The notes: a model not told the origin generated them from the letters alone. Positions 1 to 9,222 are shown, counted from the stretch's first letter. The stretch is 64,000 nucleotides of DNA from Candidatus Komeilibacteria bacterium (GCA_048538275.1 JBLYPW010000003.1:15248-79247), one strand, 5' to 3'. Made by a program: numbers and translations.

Positions 1-315
1 AAAACCACCCCAATAACATTCTTGATAATAATAATTATCATCGCTGATATGCTCATTTTGTTCACGCTTACCTTTGATTGTAATCATTTCATTGTTGATA
101 GAGATATCAATATCTTCCGGACGTACGCCAGCAATAGTAGATTTGATTACGATATTATCGCCTTCATCGTAAACATCCACTGACAATTGTCCCTCATAGT
201 CGTCTTCATTAATCCATTGATCGTCAGCGCCACTTTGATTATTGGTGGTTTGCAGAAAATCTTCTGTGTTGTCGTTGTCAACAGGATTAATTTTTTTCTT
301 GCCCAGTTTAAACAT
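1..315 (-). CDS. Hsp20/alpha-crystallin small heat-shock protein (runs off window start)
   Basis: Manual translation from ATG at 315: ...EGQLSVDVYDEGDNIVIKSTIAGVRPEDIDISINNEMITIKGKRE...YYYQECYWGGF, typical Hsp20 motifs; not in ORF track because truncated. Confidence 0.9.
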   Translation of the reverse strand, partial: MFKLGKKKINPVDNDNTEDFLQTTNNQSGADDQWINEDDYEGQLSVDVYDEGDNIVIKSTIAGVRPEDIDISINNEMITIKGKREQNEHISDDNYYYQECYWGGF

Positions 316-357
316 ATGTTTAGCTGCTTAGAGAATTAATTGAGCATTATTATTATA

Positions 358-397
358 AAATAAAACACCCCGCCTGCGCAAGCCCTGGCGGGGCGTT
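358..397 (-). terminator. Probable intrinsic terminator after 409..2202
   Basis: CCCCGCC (368-374) / GGCGGGG (387-393) stem with A-run giving a U-tail on the minus strand. Confidence 0.55.
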
Positions 398-408
398 ATT
401 AATATTTT

Positions 409-2202
409 TTATAAATTGTTGCCATCGGGATAATGCCAATAAGTGGGGATAGTAAATATTCTATCCCAACGGAAACGATAAGCATTGAAAGCTGCTGGGC
501 TAGTAATCCAGTGTTTAGTGCTATCTCGTAATAGGTAAACCTTAGCGCTATCGGCATATTTTATGAGCGTGCCATCGGGATGAATGAAATTATCTTTATT
601 GTATACTTCGTCATTTTCGTATAAACGTAGATGTTGCGCTGATACATAGTCAATCTGGTTCCAGTGATAGCCGGCACGTAGAAAGGTATCGGCGTCAGCC
701 AAAGCATGTAAACTACGATTGTCTACAACATAGACGGTGCTATCATCTGAGCGCAATAAGCTGCCCGCAGGATAAAGCAAGGGGCCAGCATAATGATAGG
801 CATCTATAGTGTTTTGATTTACAATGCGAATATTAGACCAGGCAAAGTTCCAAGCGGCAAATATTCTATCATTACCTATTATATAGGCTTGGTTGTCATT
901 AATATAATAAACAGCTGGATTGTTGGGCAGTTTTAGAAGCTGGCGTATTGGATTATGATAGACGGTTGGTTCTTGACCGCCCCAAGCTTGTCCTTGACCA
1001 TCCACCATGATCAGACGATAATAATACGTATTTCCTGGCATGACAGTATTGTCAGTATACTGGTTTTTTGTCAGACGGTCGGCAATGACCTCTCCTTGAT
1101 CATAAGAAAAGTGTGAACGATAAAGAGTGTAAAATTGAAAATTATCAGGAATGCCAGCCGCCCAGCTCAAACTAACATTATTATCACCTGTTGGCTGAGC
1201 TTTGAGACTAGTGTATAAGGCAGCGCTCTTTATTTTTAGATTGGTCCAATATAAATCATGGCTGCCGTCACTCATTTCTTTTTGCCAAACAACAATATCA
1301 CCAGATAGCTGAGGTTGGTTGTCATTAGCTGAGTCTTTGGTTAGGGCTATAGAACTTTTAGTTTCAGTATTGTATAGGTAAATGTCAGAATTATTACTTC
1401 GCCAAGTTTGAAAAACCACATTGGATCCAAAAATATCGGCGTTGACATTGGCATAAGGCTGATTGTCTATGATTTGCAGTGAGCCGGAGATCAGATTTTT
1501 GATATAAATAGTGTCTTGGCTTTGCCAGGCTACTTGATCACCAGAGACGCTGGGGAAATAATGATCCCAACTATTGTCCGATAAATTAGTGATTTCTTTT
1601 GTATTAAAATTATAGGCATAAATATTATCGTATGACCCTCGATTGTCTTGCCAAACCACCCAGTTATCAGTGATGGCTTGATTAGTTTGTTGGCTATCAA
1701 AAGTTCCACCTACACCTGTAAGTTCTTGGGTGTCTAAATTATAAATCATAAGACTGGCATGCGGATTGGCAAAGAACCAGCGTATGAAAGTCACATACTG
1801 ATCATTAATACGAGGGTGAGTATCGTGATACCAGCTTTGCGGATAGGCAATGGGTCGGGTATCGCCGCTAGTCAGGTCATAATACATAATATTCTTTTTG
1901 CCATCTTCGGCTTTAACATAAGCTAGGCCGACATTGCTTAGATCTGGTTCAAACGAGCCTTCCTTTTGTTGGGCGATTAATTGCTTGGTGTCAGCGCTAA
2001 TATCATAAAGATATAATTCGTAGTTTTCTTTGTTTGTTTGCGTATAGGCGATGTAGTGACCAGCTATACTATATTCAATTTGGTCAGCCGTATCCCGGGT
2101 TAAATTTATTGTCGGATTATCGTTTATTGCCGGTAGACTTGCCCCTCCCGGTAAGGACAGGAGCAATAGTAAAAAAAAGCTGAAAATAAGTATTTTTTTC
2201 AT
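409..2202 (-). CDS. Secreted TolB-like beta-propeller protein with FN3-like domain and three C-terminal repeats
   Basis: Signal peptide MKKILIFSFFLLLLL; repeated P.ISGD.VVWQ..IY.YN blades; VSLSW...YTLYRS...YTDNTV.PGNTYYY FN3-like segment; three (G)xLL/IK...VY...F...W..I repeats. Confidence 0.7.
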   Translation of the reverse strand: MKKILIFSFFLLLLLSLPGGASLPAINDNPTINLTRDTADQIEYSIAGHYIAYTQTNKENYELYLYDISADTKQLIAQQKEGSFEPDLSNVGLAYVKAEDGKKNIMYYDLTSGDTRPIAYPQSWYHDTHPRINDQYVTFIRWFFANPHASLMIYNLDTQELTGVGGTFDSQQTNQAITDNWVVWQDNRGSYDNIYAYNFNTKEITNLSDNSWDHYFPSVSGDQVAWQSQDTIYIKNLISGSLQIIDNQPYANVNADIFGSNVVFQTWRSNNSDIYLYNTETKSSIALTKDSANDNQPQLSGDIVVWQKEMSDGSHDLYWTNLKIKSAALYTSLKAQPTGDNNVSLSWAAGIPDNFQFYTLYRSHFSYDQGEVIADRLTKNQYTDNTVMPGNTYYYRLIMVDGQGQAWGGQEPTVYHNPIRQLLKLPNNPAVYYINDNQAYIIGNDRIFAAWNFAWSNIRIVNQNTIDAYHYAGPLLYPAGSLLRSDDSTVYVVDNRSLHALADADTFLRAGYHWNQIDYVSAQHLRLYENDEVYNKDNFIHPDGTLIKYADSAKVYLLRDSTKHWITSPAAFNAYRFRWDRIFTIPTYWHYPDGNNL

Positions 2203-2260
2203 AAGATTTTTTGTATATTAGTGTTTGCTTTTTAGCACGATGGTTTTTTTTTGTCAATAT

Positions 2261-2292
2261 AAAAAACCACCTCGCTTCCGGCGAGGTGGTTT
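2261..2292 (-). terminator. Intrinsic terminator
   Basis: AAACCACCTCGC / GCGAGGTGGTTT 12-bp stem with A-run. Confidence 0.75.
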
Positions 2293-2497
2293 GGGCTATT
2301 ATTTATTTGTTTGCGTATTTATCACGATTTATAAATTGTTTCCAGCGGCGTAATAGGCTGTGCTGGCCCACTTGTTTGTTATTGGGTGTTCGTTTGCGTA
2401 GTTTATGGTTGGAATACAAAGGGACAGATATTCTTTCTTGGTTAGCTAGTTGATCAATGTTTTTAGGAGTGGCGTCTGTTATTTTGCTAGTTGGAGT

Positions 2498-2920
2498 TTA
2501 GTGAATGGTTTGTCTTTTTTCTCGGGCAATCATTAATTTATCAGTATCATAATTTTCATCCGCTGCTTCAAAATGAGCTGAAGCAATAGAGCCGTCATTG
2601 TCATCTAATCTATGTTCATCAACGGGTTGAATCTTCTCGCGATTATCATATTGCTTGCCTATCACTGAGAGATCTTCGGGTGTGTCAATTTCTTCTTCCT
2701 CGGTATCAGCATCACCTAAAGCTTCAATGTTGTAAGCCTCAATTTTTTTATTTTGTGGATCATTAGCTTTTATACGCTCCTCTTCTTCTTTCCACTCACC
2801 ACCATCTAGCCAGCCGTCGTGCTTTCTACCGGGTCGGTTACCGACGTCTTTGTTGCGAGCTTGGCGTTTTTCCTCTTCTTTATCTAGTTGGTTATTCATT
2901 GATGGTTGTTCAAAGCTCAT
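2498..2920 (-). CDS. Hypothetical acidic protein (frame stays open past TAA to 2303)
   Basis: ORF track 140 aa; 64 further sense codons follow the stop in frame. Confidence 0.6.
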   Translation of the reverse strand: MSFEQPSMNNQLDKEEEKRQARNKDVGNRPGRKHDGWLDGGEWKEEEERIKANDPQNKKIEAYNIEALGDADTEEEEIDTPEDLSVIGKQYDNREKIQPVDEHRLDDNDGSIASAHFEAADENYDTDKLMIAREKRQTIH

Positions 2921-2977
2921 ATAATTTTTTTAGTAGATTATGATTAAATTATATAGTATTGATTAGTAGCTGACAAT

Positions 2978-3565
2978 TTATAGTAGTTTTAGGGTTTGAT
3001 TAGCATTGGCTATTTCTTTGTCTAAGTCTTTAACAATTGAATTGTTTAGGTATTTTTTTAGTACGGCCAATACTGATTTATAATACCACATTTGTTGGTC
3101 AGGAGTGCCGGCAAAGCGTTGCCAGATACTGGCTCCTTGTTGGCGGTAAGCATTTTGCAGGGAGCGTAGGTTATGAATTTTATCAGCGGCTGCGATCAAT
3201 AATGCGCCTGAGTCAGCTTGTTCTAGTCCGGCAATATATTTTTCTTTTCGTTGTTGCCAAACAGATTTACCATTGGTTGGTTTGGTTATGGATTTATCTT
3301 CGCTGACTTGTTTTACCAATTTGGCTATATTTGCGCCAAAGTCGTCAGCTAAATTATTAAAATTATAGCCGGCTACATCTTCTATAACATCATGTAGGAG
3401 GCCGGCGGCAATAATATTTTCATCATCGGTATGTTCGGCTAGCAACCAAGCTACGCTAAAGGGGTGGACTATATAAGGTAGGTTGTCGTCGCTTTTTCTT
3501 TCCTGGCCATTATGTAGCTTGCTGGCTATATTAATAGCTTTTTGTATGAGAGGGGTTAGTTTCAT
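2978..3565 (-). CDS. HD-domain protein, RelA/SpoT-hydrolase-like (small alarmone hydrolase/Mesh1 type)
   Basis: HNGQERK, PYIVHP, LLHDVIED, ADKIHN motifs. Confidence 0.8.
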   Translation of the reverse strand: MKLTPLIQKAINIASKLHNGQERKSDDNLPYIVHPFSVAWLLAEHTDDENIIAAGLLHDVIEDVAGYNFNNLADDFGANIAKLVKQVSEDKSITKPTNGKSVWQQRKEKYIAGLEQADSGALLIAAADKIHNLRSLQNAYRQQGASIWQRFAGTPDQQMWYYKSVLAVLKKYLNNSIVKDLDKEIANANQTLKLL

Positions 3566-3830
3566 TTTTTTGAGCTAGATTTAGATTTTATTATAGAGGA
3601 AAATTGATTTGAGAGCAAAATAAATTACTTCTGTTCTTGGCATAGCGGTTAACTTTTATTTATTTTGTAAATAATTATTGTCTAGAATAAAAAAACAGAT
3701 TTTCACTTGGCTAAGTCTTGCTAAATGCAGGACGTAGTAAGTGTGAACCTGAGATATGTAGACACTATGAGTTAAGCGGAATGACTTTGGCTTGACCGAA
3801 GACATGGAGCGGCGAAGAGTGACTAGGACG

Positions 3831-3905
3831 TGGTACCGCCTAGGGGAATCGAACCCCTGTTGCCAGGATGAAAACCTGATGTCCTAACCACTAGACGAAG
3901 GCGGC
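3831..3905 (-). tRNA. tRNA-Glu (TTC), CCA encoded
   Basis: GCCGCCTTCGTCTAGTGGTTAGGACATCAGGTTTTCATCCTGGCAACAGGGGTTCGATTCCCCTAGGCGGTACCA folds as a cloverleaf; anticodon loop TTTTCAT; T-loop TTCGATT. Confidence 0.97.
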
Positions 3906-3965
3906 ACAAAACTGTATTAACTTTGATAATACTATACAATTTTTGGGATTTTGTCAAGGTTTATT

Positions 3966-3998
3966 AAAAAATCCCCGATATAATATCAGGGATTTTTT
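3966..3998. terminator. Intrinsic terminator after dinB (bidirectional shape)
   Basis: AAAAAATCCCCGATA...TATCAGGGATTTTTT inverted repeat. Confidence 0.65.
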
Positions 3999-4046
3999 AG
4001 TTGTTTTTGCCTGTCAAAAACTTGCGAGGGCCATTGGCAAGCAAAA

Positions 4047-5357
4047 TCAATGAACGGTGGTAGACCATCGGGGAATGTGTAAGTGTTGGCGTTTGTTTTC
4101 ACCGGGTAACAATTTGTCCCAACGTTTTGTTACTTTGTCACGATTGCCACGTGCGCCATTATTTACTAGTAAGCTGGTTAGAGGGTGAATGGTGTGTTTG
4201 CCCCAGCGGTGATTAATGATATCTATGCTATTAGTCAGTCTGGCTGTTTTAGCAGTAATCTGTGGGTCAATAAATAAATTCATTTGTTTGTTGTTTTGGC
4301 TAGATAATTTTTCTAGCACAATGCCGGTGGCGCGATAGGAGGTGTGCGGCTGATAAATTTCTGAAAAATGCCGGCGCAATAAAGGAAGAATAGGAAGTTC
4401 GCTGTTTACCGATTGGTCTAATTTTATAGTCAAACCATGATAAGCAAAATTTTGTGTTTTTAAATAAAAGCTGATTTGACTGACGGTGAGGTGGTGGCGA
4501 CGCAGTTTATCGGTAGCTGATTCTAAGTTGCGTACTAATTGTGCTAGTAGCCAGTTGGCGTCTTGGCGAGGAGGGGTGAAGGTTTTGGTTTTGCTGATGG
4601 ATTGTTGGGCGGCTGGATGAGGGTTGATGGTATAAACCATTTGACCACGCAGCTCGTGCCAGATCTCTTGCCCAGGTTTGGTTAATTTTTGTTTAACCCA
4701 GTTCTCTGGACGGCTAGCAAAATCATAAGCGGTACGCAATCCTTGGTGTTGTAGATAAGCGGTGGTCTGTAGGCCAAAGCCCCAAATATCAGCTAAAGGG
4801 ATATTTTTTAAAAGAGCGTTAATTTGTTTACCTGGTATCATGGTTAAACCATTGGGTTTGCCTTGTTTGGCGGCCAACTTAGCTAAACTTTTATTGAGGC
4901 TTACTCCTACTGATATAGTAATGCCCAGTTCTTGATTGACGGTTTTACGAATATTGTCAGCGATATTTTTGTAGCTACTATTGAGAGGGCGTTGCAAGCC
5001 AGTGATATCAGCCCAGGCCTCGTCAATAGAATATTCTTCCACACTTTCGGTAAAACGCCGAACAATACTAAACATGCGTTGGGAAAAAATACTATAACTT
5101 TCATAGTCACTGGTGACAATTGCTATTTGTGGCCAGCGTTGTTTTACTTGATAAAGCGGCATGCCACGGGTGACACCCAGAGCTTTAGCTTCATAGCTGG
5201 CAGCGGAAACAATGCCGCGTTCAGCGCCGGTGACAATGGGCTGATTACGCAATTGTGGTTGTAAAGCCTGTTCGCAACTAGCAAAGAAAGCGTCAGCGTC
5301 CAAATGTAATATGGCACGCGGCCAGTCTTGGATTGTAAATAATTTTCCCTCCTGCAT
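4047..5357 (-). CDS. dinB: Y-family DNA polymerase (DinB/UmuC family)
   Basis: LHLDADAFFASCE, SAASYEAK, YSIDEA, SLAKLAA, KPNG motifs and little-finger region. Confidence 0.9.
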   Translation of the reverse strand: MQEGKLFTIQDWPRAILHLDADAFFASCEQALQPQLRNQPIVTGAERGIVSAASYEAKALGVTRGMPLYQVKQRWPQIAIVTSDYESYSIFSQRMFSIVRRFTESVEEYSIDEAWADITGLQRPLNSSYKNIADNIRKTVNQELGITISVGVSLNKSLAKLAAKQGKPNGLTMIPGKQINALLKNIPLADIWGFGLQTTAYLQHQGLRTAYDFASRPENWVKQKLTKPGQEIWHELRGQMVYTINPHPAAQQSISKTKTFTPPRQDANWLLAQLVRNLESATDKLRRHHLTVSQISFYLKTQNFAYHGLTIKLDQSVNSELPILPLLRRHFSEIYQPHTSYRATGIVLEKLSSQNNKQMNLFIDPQITAKTARLTNSIDIINHRWGKHTIHPLTSLLVNNGARGNRDKVTKRWDKLLPGENKRQHLHIPRWSTTVH

Positions 5358-5394
5358 ATTGATATTCCCTTTTTATTAAAATACAAATGAGCTG

Positions 5395-5973
5395 TTATTT
5401 ATACTTTCTTATCGCAGCTACGATCACGCCGCCGATTTCTAATTCGTCTTGCGGTATCAATTGCGGATAATTGTCATTGGCAGCTTGTAAAAAAGTCTTT
5501 TTTCCTTGGTGACGTAAGTATTTTAAAGTCCAGTCACCGTCAATCTTGGCCAGGACAATATCATTGTCATGCGCTTGACGTTTACGATCCACCACTACCA
5601 AATCGTGCGGATGAAGACCGGCATCAAGCATGGATTCGCCGCTTACTTCTACCAAGAAACTAGCGGTAGGATTGTCTATCAAGTATTCATCCAATGTTAA
5701 AGTATCTATCAATTCTTCTTCTGCCGGAGAGGGAAAGCCGGCTTGCACACTACCTAACCAAGGTAGGGCAGAGAATAGCTTGCCAGGAATTAAACGTCCG
5801 GTCTTGTCTTGATCCACGATTTGTTCTTCTCGTAGGCGCTTAATTAATTTACTGGCGGCATTTTTAGAAGCATAGCCACAAAGTTTAGCTAGTTCAGCAA
5901 AAGAGGGTAGGCGCTTATTTTGGCGCCAGAAGCGGTGTAGCTGATCAGTTGTTTTTTTTATACTTTCGTCCAT
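5395..5973 (-). CDS. lexA: LexA/UmuD-family S24 autopeptidase with N-terminal HTH (start re-called to ATG 5973)
   Basis: PSFAELAKLCGYASKNAA HTH; AGFPSPA cleavage site; VSGESM catalytic Ser; WTLKY catalytic Lys; a promoter lies inside the longer ORF-track N-terminus. Confidence 0.8.
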   Translation of the reverse strand: MDESIKKTTDQLHRFWRQNKRLPSFAELAKLCGYASKNAASKLIKRLREEQIVDQDKTGRLIPGKLFSALPWLGSVQAGFPSPAEEELIDTLTLDEYLIDNPTASFLVEVSGESMLDAGLHPHDLVVVDRKRQAHDNDIVLAKIDGDWTLKYLRHQGKKTFLQAANDNYPQLIPQDELEIGGVIVAAIRKYK

Positions 5974-5979
5974 ATAAAC

Positions 5980-6009
5980 ATTATAGGTGAACGTTCGTTC
6001 ACTTGTCAA
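5980..6009 (-). promoter_or_regulatory. Sigma70 promoter with palindromic operator (SOS-box-like) in the spacer
   Basis: TTGACA (6009-6004), 18 nt, TATAAT (5985-5980); GTGAAC-GTTC-GTTCAC at 5987-6002. Confidence 0.8.
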
Positions 6010-6084
6010 GGAAATGATTGTGGACAAGTTTGGCTGTAACACAATTCTTTTTTATCCGTCTAAATAAGTAGAGAGGAAAAAAAT

Positions 6085-6261
6085 ATGAATAATGCAAAAG
6101 ACAATCAGATAAAGAATCAACAGCATCCAAAAGCTATGATTAATCGCGGCTGGGTATCTTATGATGCCAAGTCTTTTTTGGTGGACACTGAGAAGCAGTG
6201 GACCCAGGCGGTTTATCATGCGGTTGCTGATTATAGCGGATTGCAATTGGATAGCAATTAA
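6085..6261 (+). CDS. Small hypothetical protein, 58 aa (below ORF-track cutoff)
   Basis: AGAGAGGA SD-like element upstream; MNNAKDNQIKNQQHPKAMINRGWVSYDAKSFLVDTEKQWTQAVYHAVADYSGLQLDSN*. Confidence 0.5.
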   Translation: MNNAKDNQIKNQQHPKAMINRGWVSYDAKSFLVDTEKQWTQAVYHAVADYSGLQLDSN

Positions 6262-6357
6262 TTATTCGTAAATAATTTAGATAAACATAACCCCTGGGAT
6301 TACCACTCAGGGGTTCTTTGTACCTTGTTAACTTAAAATCAAAGAAAGGAGGGCGTC

Positions 6358-7554
6358 ATGGCCAAGCGAATATTGATGACTTATTTAGTCTTGACGTGGT
6401 TAGGTTCTATGTTGGTCACTTTACACGCACCGATTTATGTCATGTTTTTATTGCAAACGTTAAATTATTGGCAAGTTGGTTTGGTAAATACTGTCTTCAT
6501 GGTTGGCGTTGTACTGTGGGAAATTCCGACTGGTGCGGTAGCTGATCGTTGGGGACGGAAGTTGTCCTATGTATTGTCACATGTAGTTGTCGGCGGTGGA
6601 TTTCTTATCTACTATTGTGCGGGGGATTGGTTGGGCTATATGTTAGCTGAAGCTGTAATCGCTATTGGCGTCACTCTAGCCTCAGGTTCTTTTCGGGCCT
6701 GGGTGGTGGATAGTTTGGCAGCTCATGGTTGGACCGGGCAATTAAGCTATTTATTTCGTTGGGAAGGACGGGTGATGAAAACTGCTAGTATTGTTGGTGG
6801 TTTAATGGGCGCTTGGTTGGGCGCACGTGATTTGTCCTTGCCCTTTATAGTCTCCGGTATCGGTTTTATAATATTGGCGATTTTTTCATGGTTGGCTATT
6901 GTAGAAGATAGGTTGGTTATAGTAGATGACGCAACACAACAGTTGAGTTGGCGACAATTAATGGTGCATGGTATTGGTATTAGTTGGCAACGACCAGTAG
7001 TGAAGATTATAGTTTTGGTAAGCTTTGTCTTTGGACTGGCCTTCCAACCGCTTAATATGTACTGGCAGCCTTGGTTCCAAGCTCATCAGTTGACCACGCA
7101 GGACTTCGGTTTGATTTGGACAGGTATTGTAATATTCTCATTAGCTGGTAACGAATTGGTGGATTGGTTTAGTCGGCTACATTCCCAACATAGTCGCGTT
7201 TACAGCTATTTGTCGGTGTTTATAGGAGTGGTGATCATTTTTACGGTAGCGGCCGGGCATTGGTATTGGACATTAGTTTGGTTTTTAATACACGAAATCG
7301 GTCGGGGCATGATTCAGCCCTTGCAAAATAGCTGGCTACAAGCAGAGCTTACTAGTCAAACAAGAGCAACGGTTGATTCTTTTGTTTCCATGATCGGTAA
7401 AGCCGGCGCCGCTATCGGTCTGGTCGGATTTGGTTGGTTGACCGAGTTTGCTGGCATTGGCTGGTCTTGGTCATTAGCGGCGGTATTATTAATAATAATT
7501 TTGCCCACGCTATTATGGTTGTGGCAGCAAAATCAACAAAAACCGTCCCTTTAA
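6358..7554 (+). CDS. MFS transporter
   Basis: About 12 hydrophobic segments; EIPTGAVADRWGRK motif A; strong SD AAAGGAGG. Confidence 0.9.
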   Translation: MAKRILMTYLVLTWLGSMLVTLHAPIYVMFLLQTLNYWQVGLVNTVFMVGVVLWEIPTGAVADRWGRKLSYVLSHVVVGGGFLIYYCAGDWLGYMLAEAVIAIGVTLASGSFRAWVVDSLAAHGWTGQLSYLFRWEGRVMKTASIVGGLMGAWLGARDLSLPFIVSGIGFIILAIFSWLAIVEDRLVIVDDATQQLSWRQLMVHGIGISWQRPVVKIIVLVSFVFGLAFQPLNMYWQPWFQAHQLTTQDFGLIWTGIVIFSLAGNELVDWFSRLHSQHSRVYSYLSVFIGVVIIFTVAAGHWYWTLVWFLIHEIGRGMIQPLQNSWLQAELTSQTRATVDSFVSMIGKAGAAIGLVGFGWLTEFAGIGWSWSLAAVLLIIILPTLLWLWQQNQQKPSL

Positions 7555-7567
7555 AAGGGGCGGTTTT
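7539..7567. terminator. Bidirectional terminator between MFS and regulator
   Basis: AAAACCGTCCCTT-TAA-AAGGGGCGGTTTT. Confidence 0.7.
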
Positions 7568-7595
7568 GCCTTATAGCACTGATGTCATTTAAATA

Positions 7596-8384
7596 TTATT
7601 TCCAAGGATTTTCCACTGCGTCAGCAAAGCCAAATATTGTTTCAAATAGAACATTTATCATATTAACGATGTTTTTGTGTTGTATTATAACAACTAAAGA
7701 ATTGTCTGGGGTTAAGAAAGCAACCTTAGAGTTGTAGAGAAGAATGAGGTTGTCAACAGGCAGTTGATTTTCTTTTAACAATCTCATATTCCACATCCTA
7801 TCGGAAAATTTTTTGTAGCTGGAGTGGGACATTTGCTTTCTAACAGTATTTATAAGTTCATTTGTAAATAAAGCTTTGGTAATAATTCTTTTTTGTATTA
7901 TTTTTTTAAAAAAAGATTCCCACTGTTCATCAGTCAATAAGGATAATTCTGCTTCCCCAGATTTATTATTTTCCAGTACTTTAAACTCAGCACCTTGTGG
8001 CATATTAGATATTTCTTCATAGACTTGTTTAAAACCCAGAGCTGATTCGTAAATTTCTATTTGCGGCAATGTATTTTCAGTACTGGTCAGAGCGTTTAAC
8101 TGGGGGATTAGATTTTTAAATATATTAACATTCGTTTGTAATGTTTTAACAAGGTGAGAAGGCGGCGTGGGCGTAATTAATATTTTGGTTCCTTTTTTTG
8201 ATTCTTGTAGGACGTTTTTGTTAATTAAATTTTTTATATGAAAATAGGCATTAGTGCGACTAAGCTTAGCCTTATGAGCTATTTGACTAATAGGAGATTT
8301 GCCCAATTCTAAGGCAGCGAGATATATCTTAACTTCTTGATCGGTAAAGGAAAATTTTTGCAGTATTTGGGTTATTCCATCCAT
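7596..8384 (-). CDS. TrmB-family HTH transcriptional regulator
   Basis: N-terminal FTDQEVKIYLAALELG...SQIAHKAKLSRTNAY...L pattern typical of TrmB wHTH. Confidence 0.8.
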   Translation of the reverse strand: MDGITQILQKFSFTDQEVKIYLAALELGKSPISQIAHKAKLSRTNAYFHIKNLINKNVLQESKKGTKILITPTPPSHLVKTLQTNVNIFKNLIPQLNALTSTENTLPQIEIYESALGFKQVYEEISNMPQGAEFKVLENNKSGEAELSLLTDEQWESFFKKIIQKRIITKALFTNELINTVRKQMSHSSYKKFSDRMWNMRLLKENQLPVDNLILLYNSKVAFLTPDNSLVVIIQHKNIVNMINVLFETIFGFADAVENPWK

Positions 8385-8527
8385 ATTAATAAGGTATTGT
8401 ATTGTTTATGTAGTATATAATATAGAAAACTATATTATTTGTCAAATAATTTTTTCAACAGTATATATTGATAAAATGCTGTAAATAGCCTATTATTGAC
8501 ATTTTATATCAGCATTATAAAAAAGAA

Positions 8528-8556
8528 TTGACAGTTTATTCAGTTTAGGTTATACT
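8528..8556 (+). promoter_or_regulatory. Sigma70 promoter
   Basis: TTGACA-17 nt-TATACT upstream of 8631. Confidence 0.75.
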
Positions 8557-8630
8557 GTTTTATTAACCTAAAGGTGGGTTAAGGAATATTGAAAACTTAA
8601 TAAAGGTAAACACCTCAAGAGGAGAGAAAA

Positions 8631-8930
8631 ATGAGTAAAAATTTTAAGAGAGATGATATGGGGAACTGGTCGGGTGATTTAACGGTAAAGAAAAAGGTGA
8701 TGAGTATGAGAGTAATTTTTTTTGGGTTGGTCTATGGATTCAGCGCTACGTTTTATGGCGCAATTGTGCTATATAGAGTAGTTATAAACGAGGCGCCCCG
8801 CGGCGATTTTGTACTTGCTGGAATCACGATGCTTATGGGTCTCTCAGTTCTGGTTTGGAGCATTTTTCAGACCTTTAAGAGCTATTTCAGCTCAAAAGTT
8901 GATTTATATCAACGGATTACCTGGAAATAA
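8631..8930 (+). CDS. Small two-TM hypothetical membrane protein
   Basis: ORF with promoter, SD AGAGGAG and two hydrophobic helices. Confidence 0.65.
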   Translation: MSKNFKRDDMGNWSGDLTVKKKVMSMRVIFFGLVYGFSATFYGAIVLYRVVINEAPRGDFVLAGITMLMGLSVLVWSIFQTFKSYFSSKVDLYQRITWK

Positions 8931-9222
8931 ATAATTATTTTCTGGGATTCCCCAAGTCAGTTACAAAGTAACTGGCTTGGGGAGTAAAATTATTCATCAG
9001 GTTGAGATAAGGAGATGATATGGAGCAAGTTTATTGATTTTTATATATAGATTTAGTAATGATGCACCTCTCATAGCTGAGTAAAAAAATGCAGTGAGGT
9101 TTTACGGATTTAGTTAATTATATTTATTAATATCCTACGTTATGTAGGTTTTTTTATTTATTTTAAGATTGTTTAATAAAATATTTGAACAATCAGATAA
9201 GCATAGGTATAATGTTAGCATT

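Noticed and set aside
2211-2453. 80-aa + strand ORF
   Set aside because: TTG start, spans a terminator and a promoter, and is antisense to the more plausible minus-strand extension
2498-2500. Alternative genetic code (stop reassignment)
   Set aside because: TAA, TAG and TGA all terminate well-conserved genes at expected positions; only one internal stop was seen
6018-6027. DnaA-box-like TGTGGACAA (also TGTGGATAT near 62491) suggesting oriC
   Set aside because: Isolated imperfect boxes; no cluster, no dnaA and no visible switch in strand bias
6052-6246. 64-aa minus-strand ORF upstream of lexA
   Set aside because: Shadow of the SD-preceded + strand ORF at 6085-6261; TTG start
3831-9156. Prophage or integrative element at tRNA-Glu
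   Set aside because: No integrase or phage genes and no long att duplication
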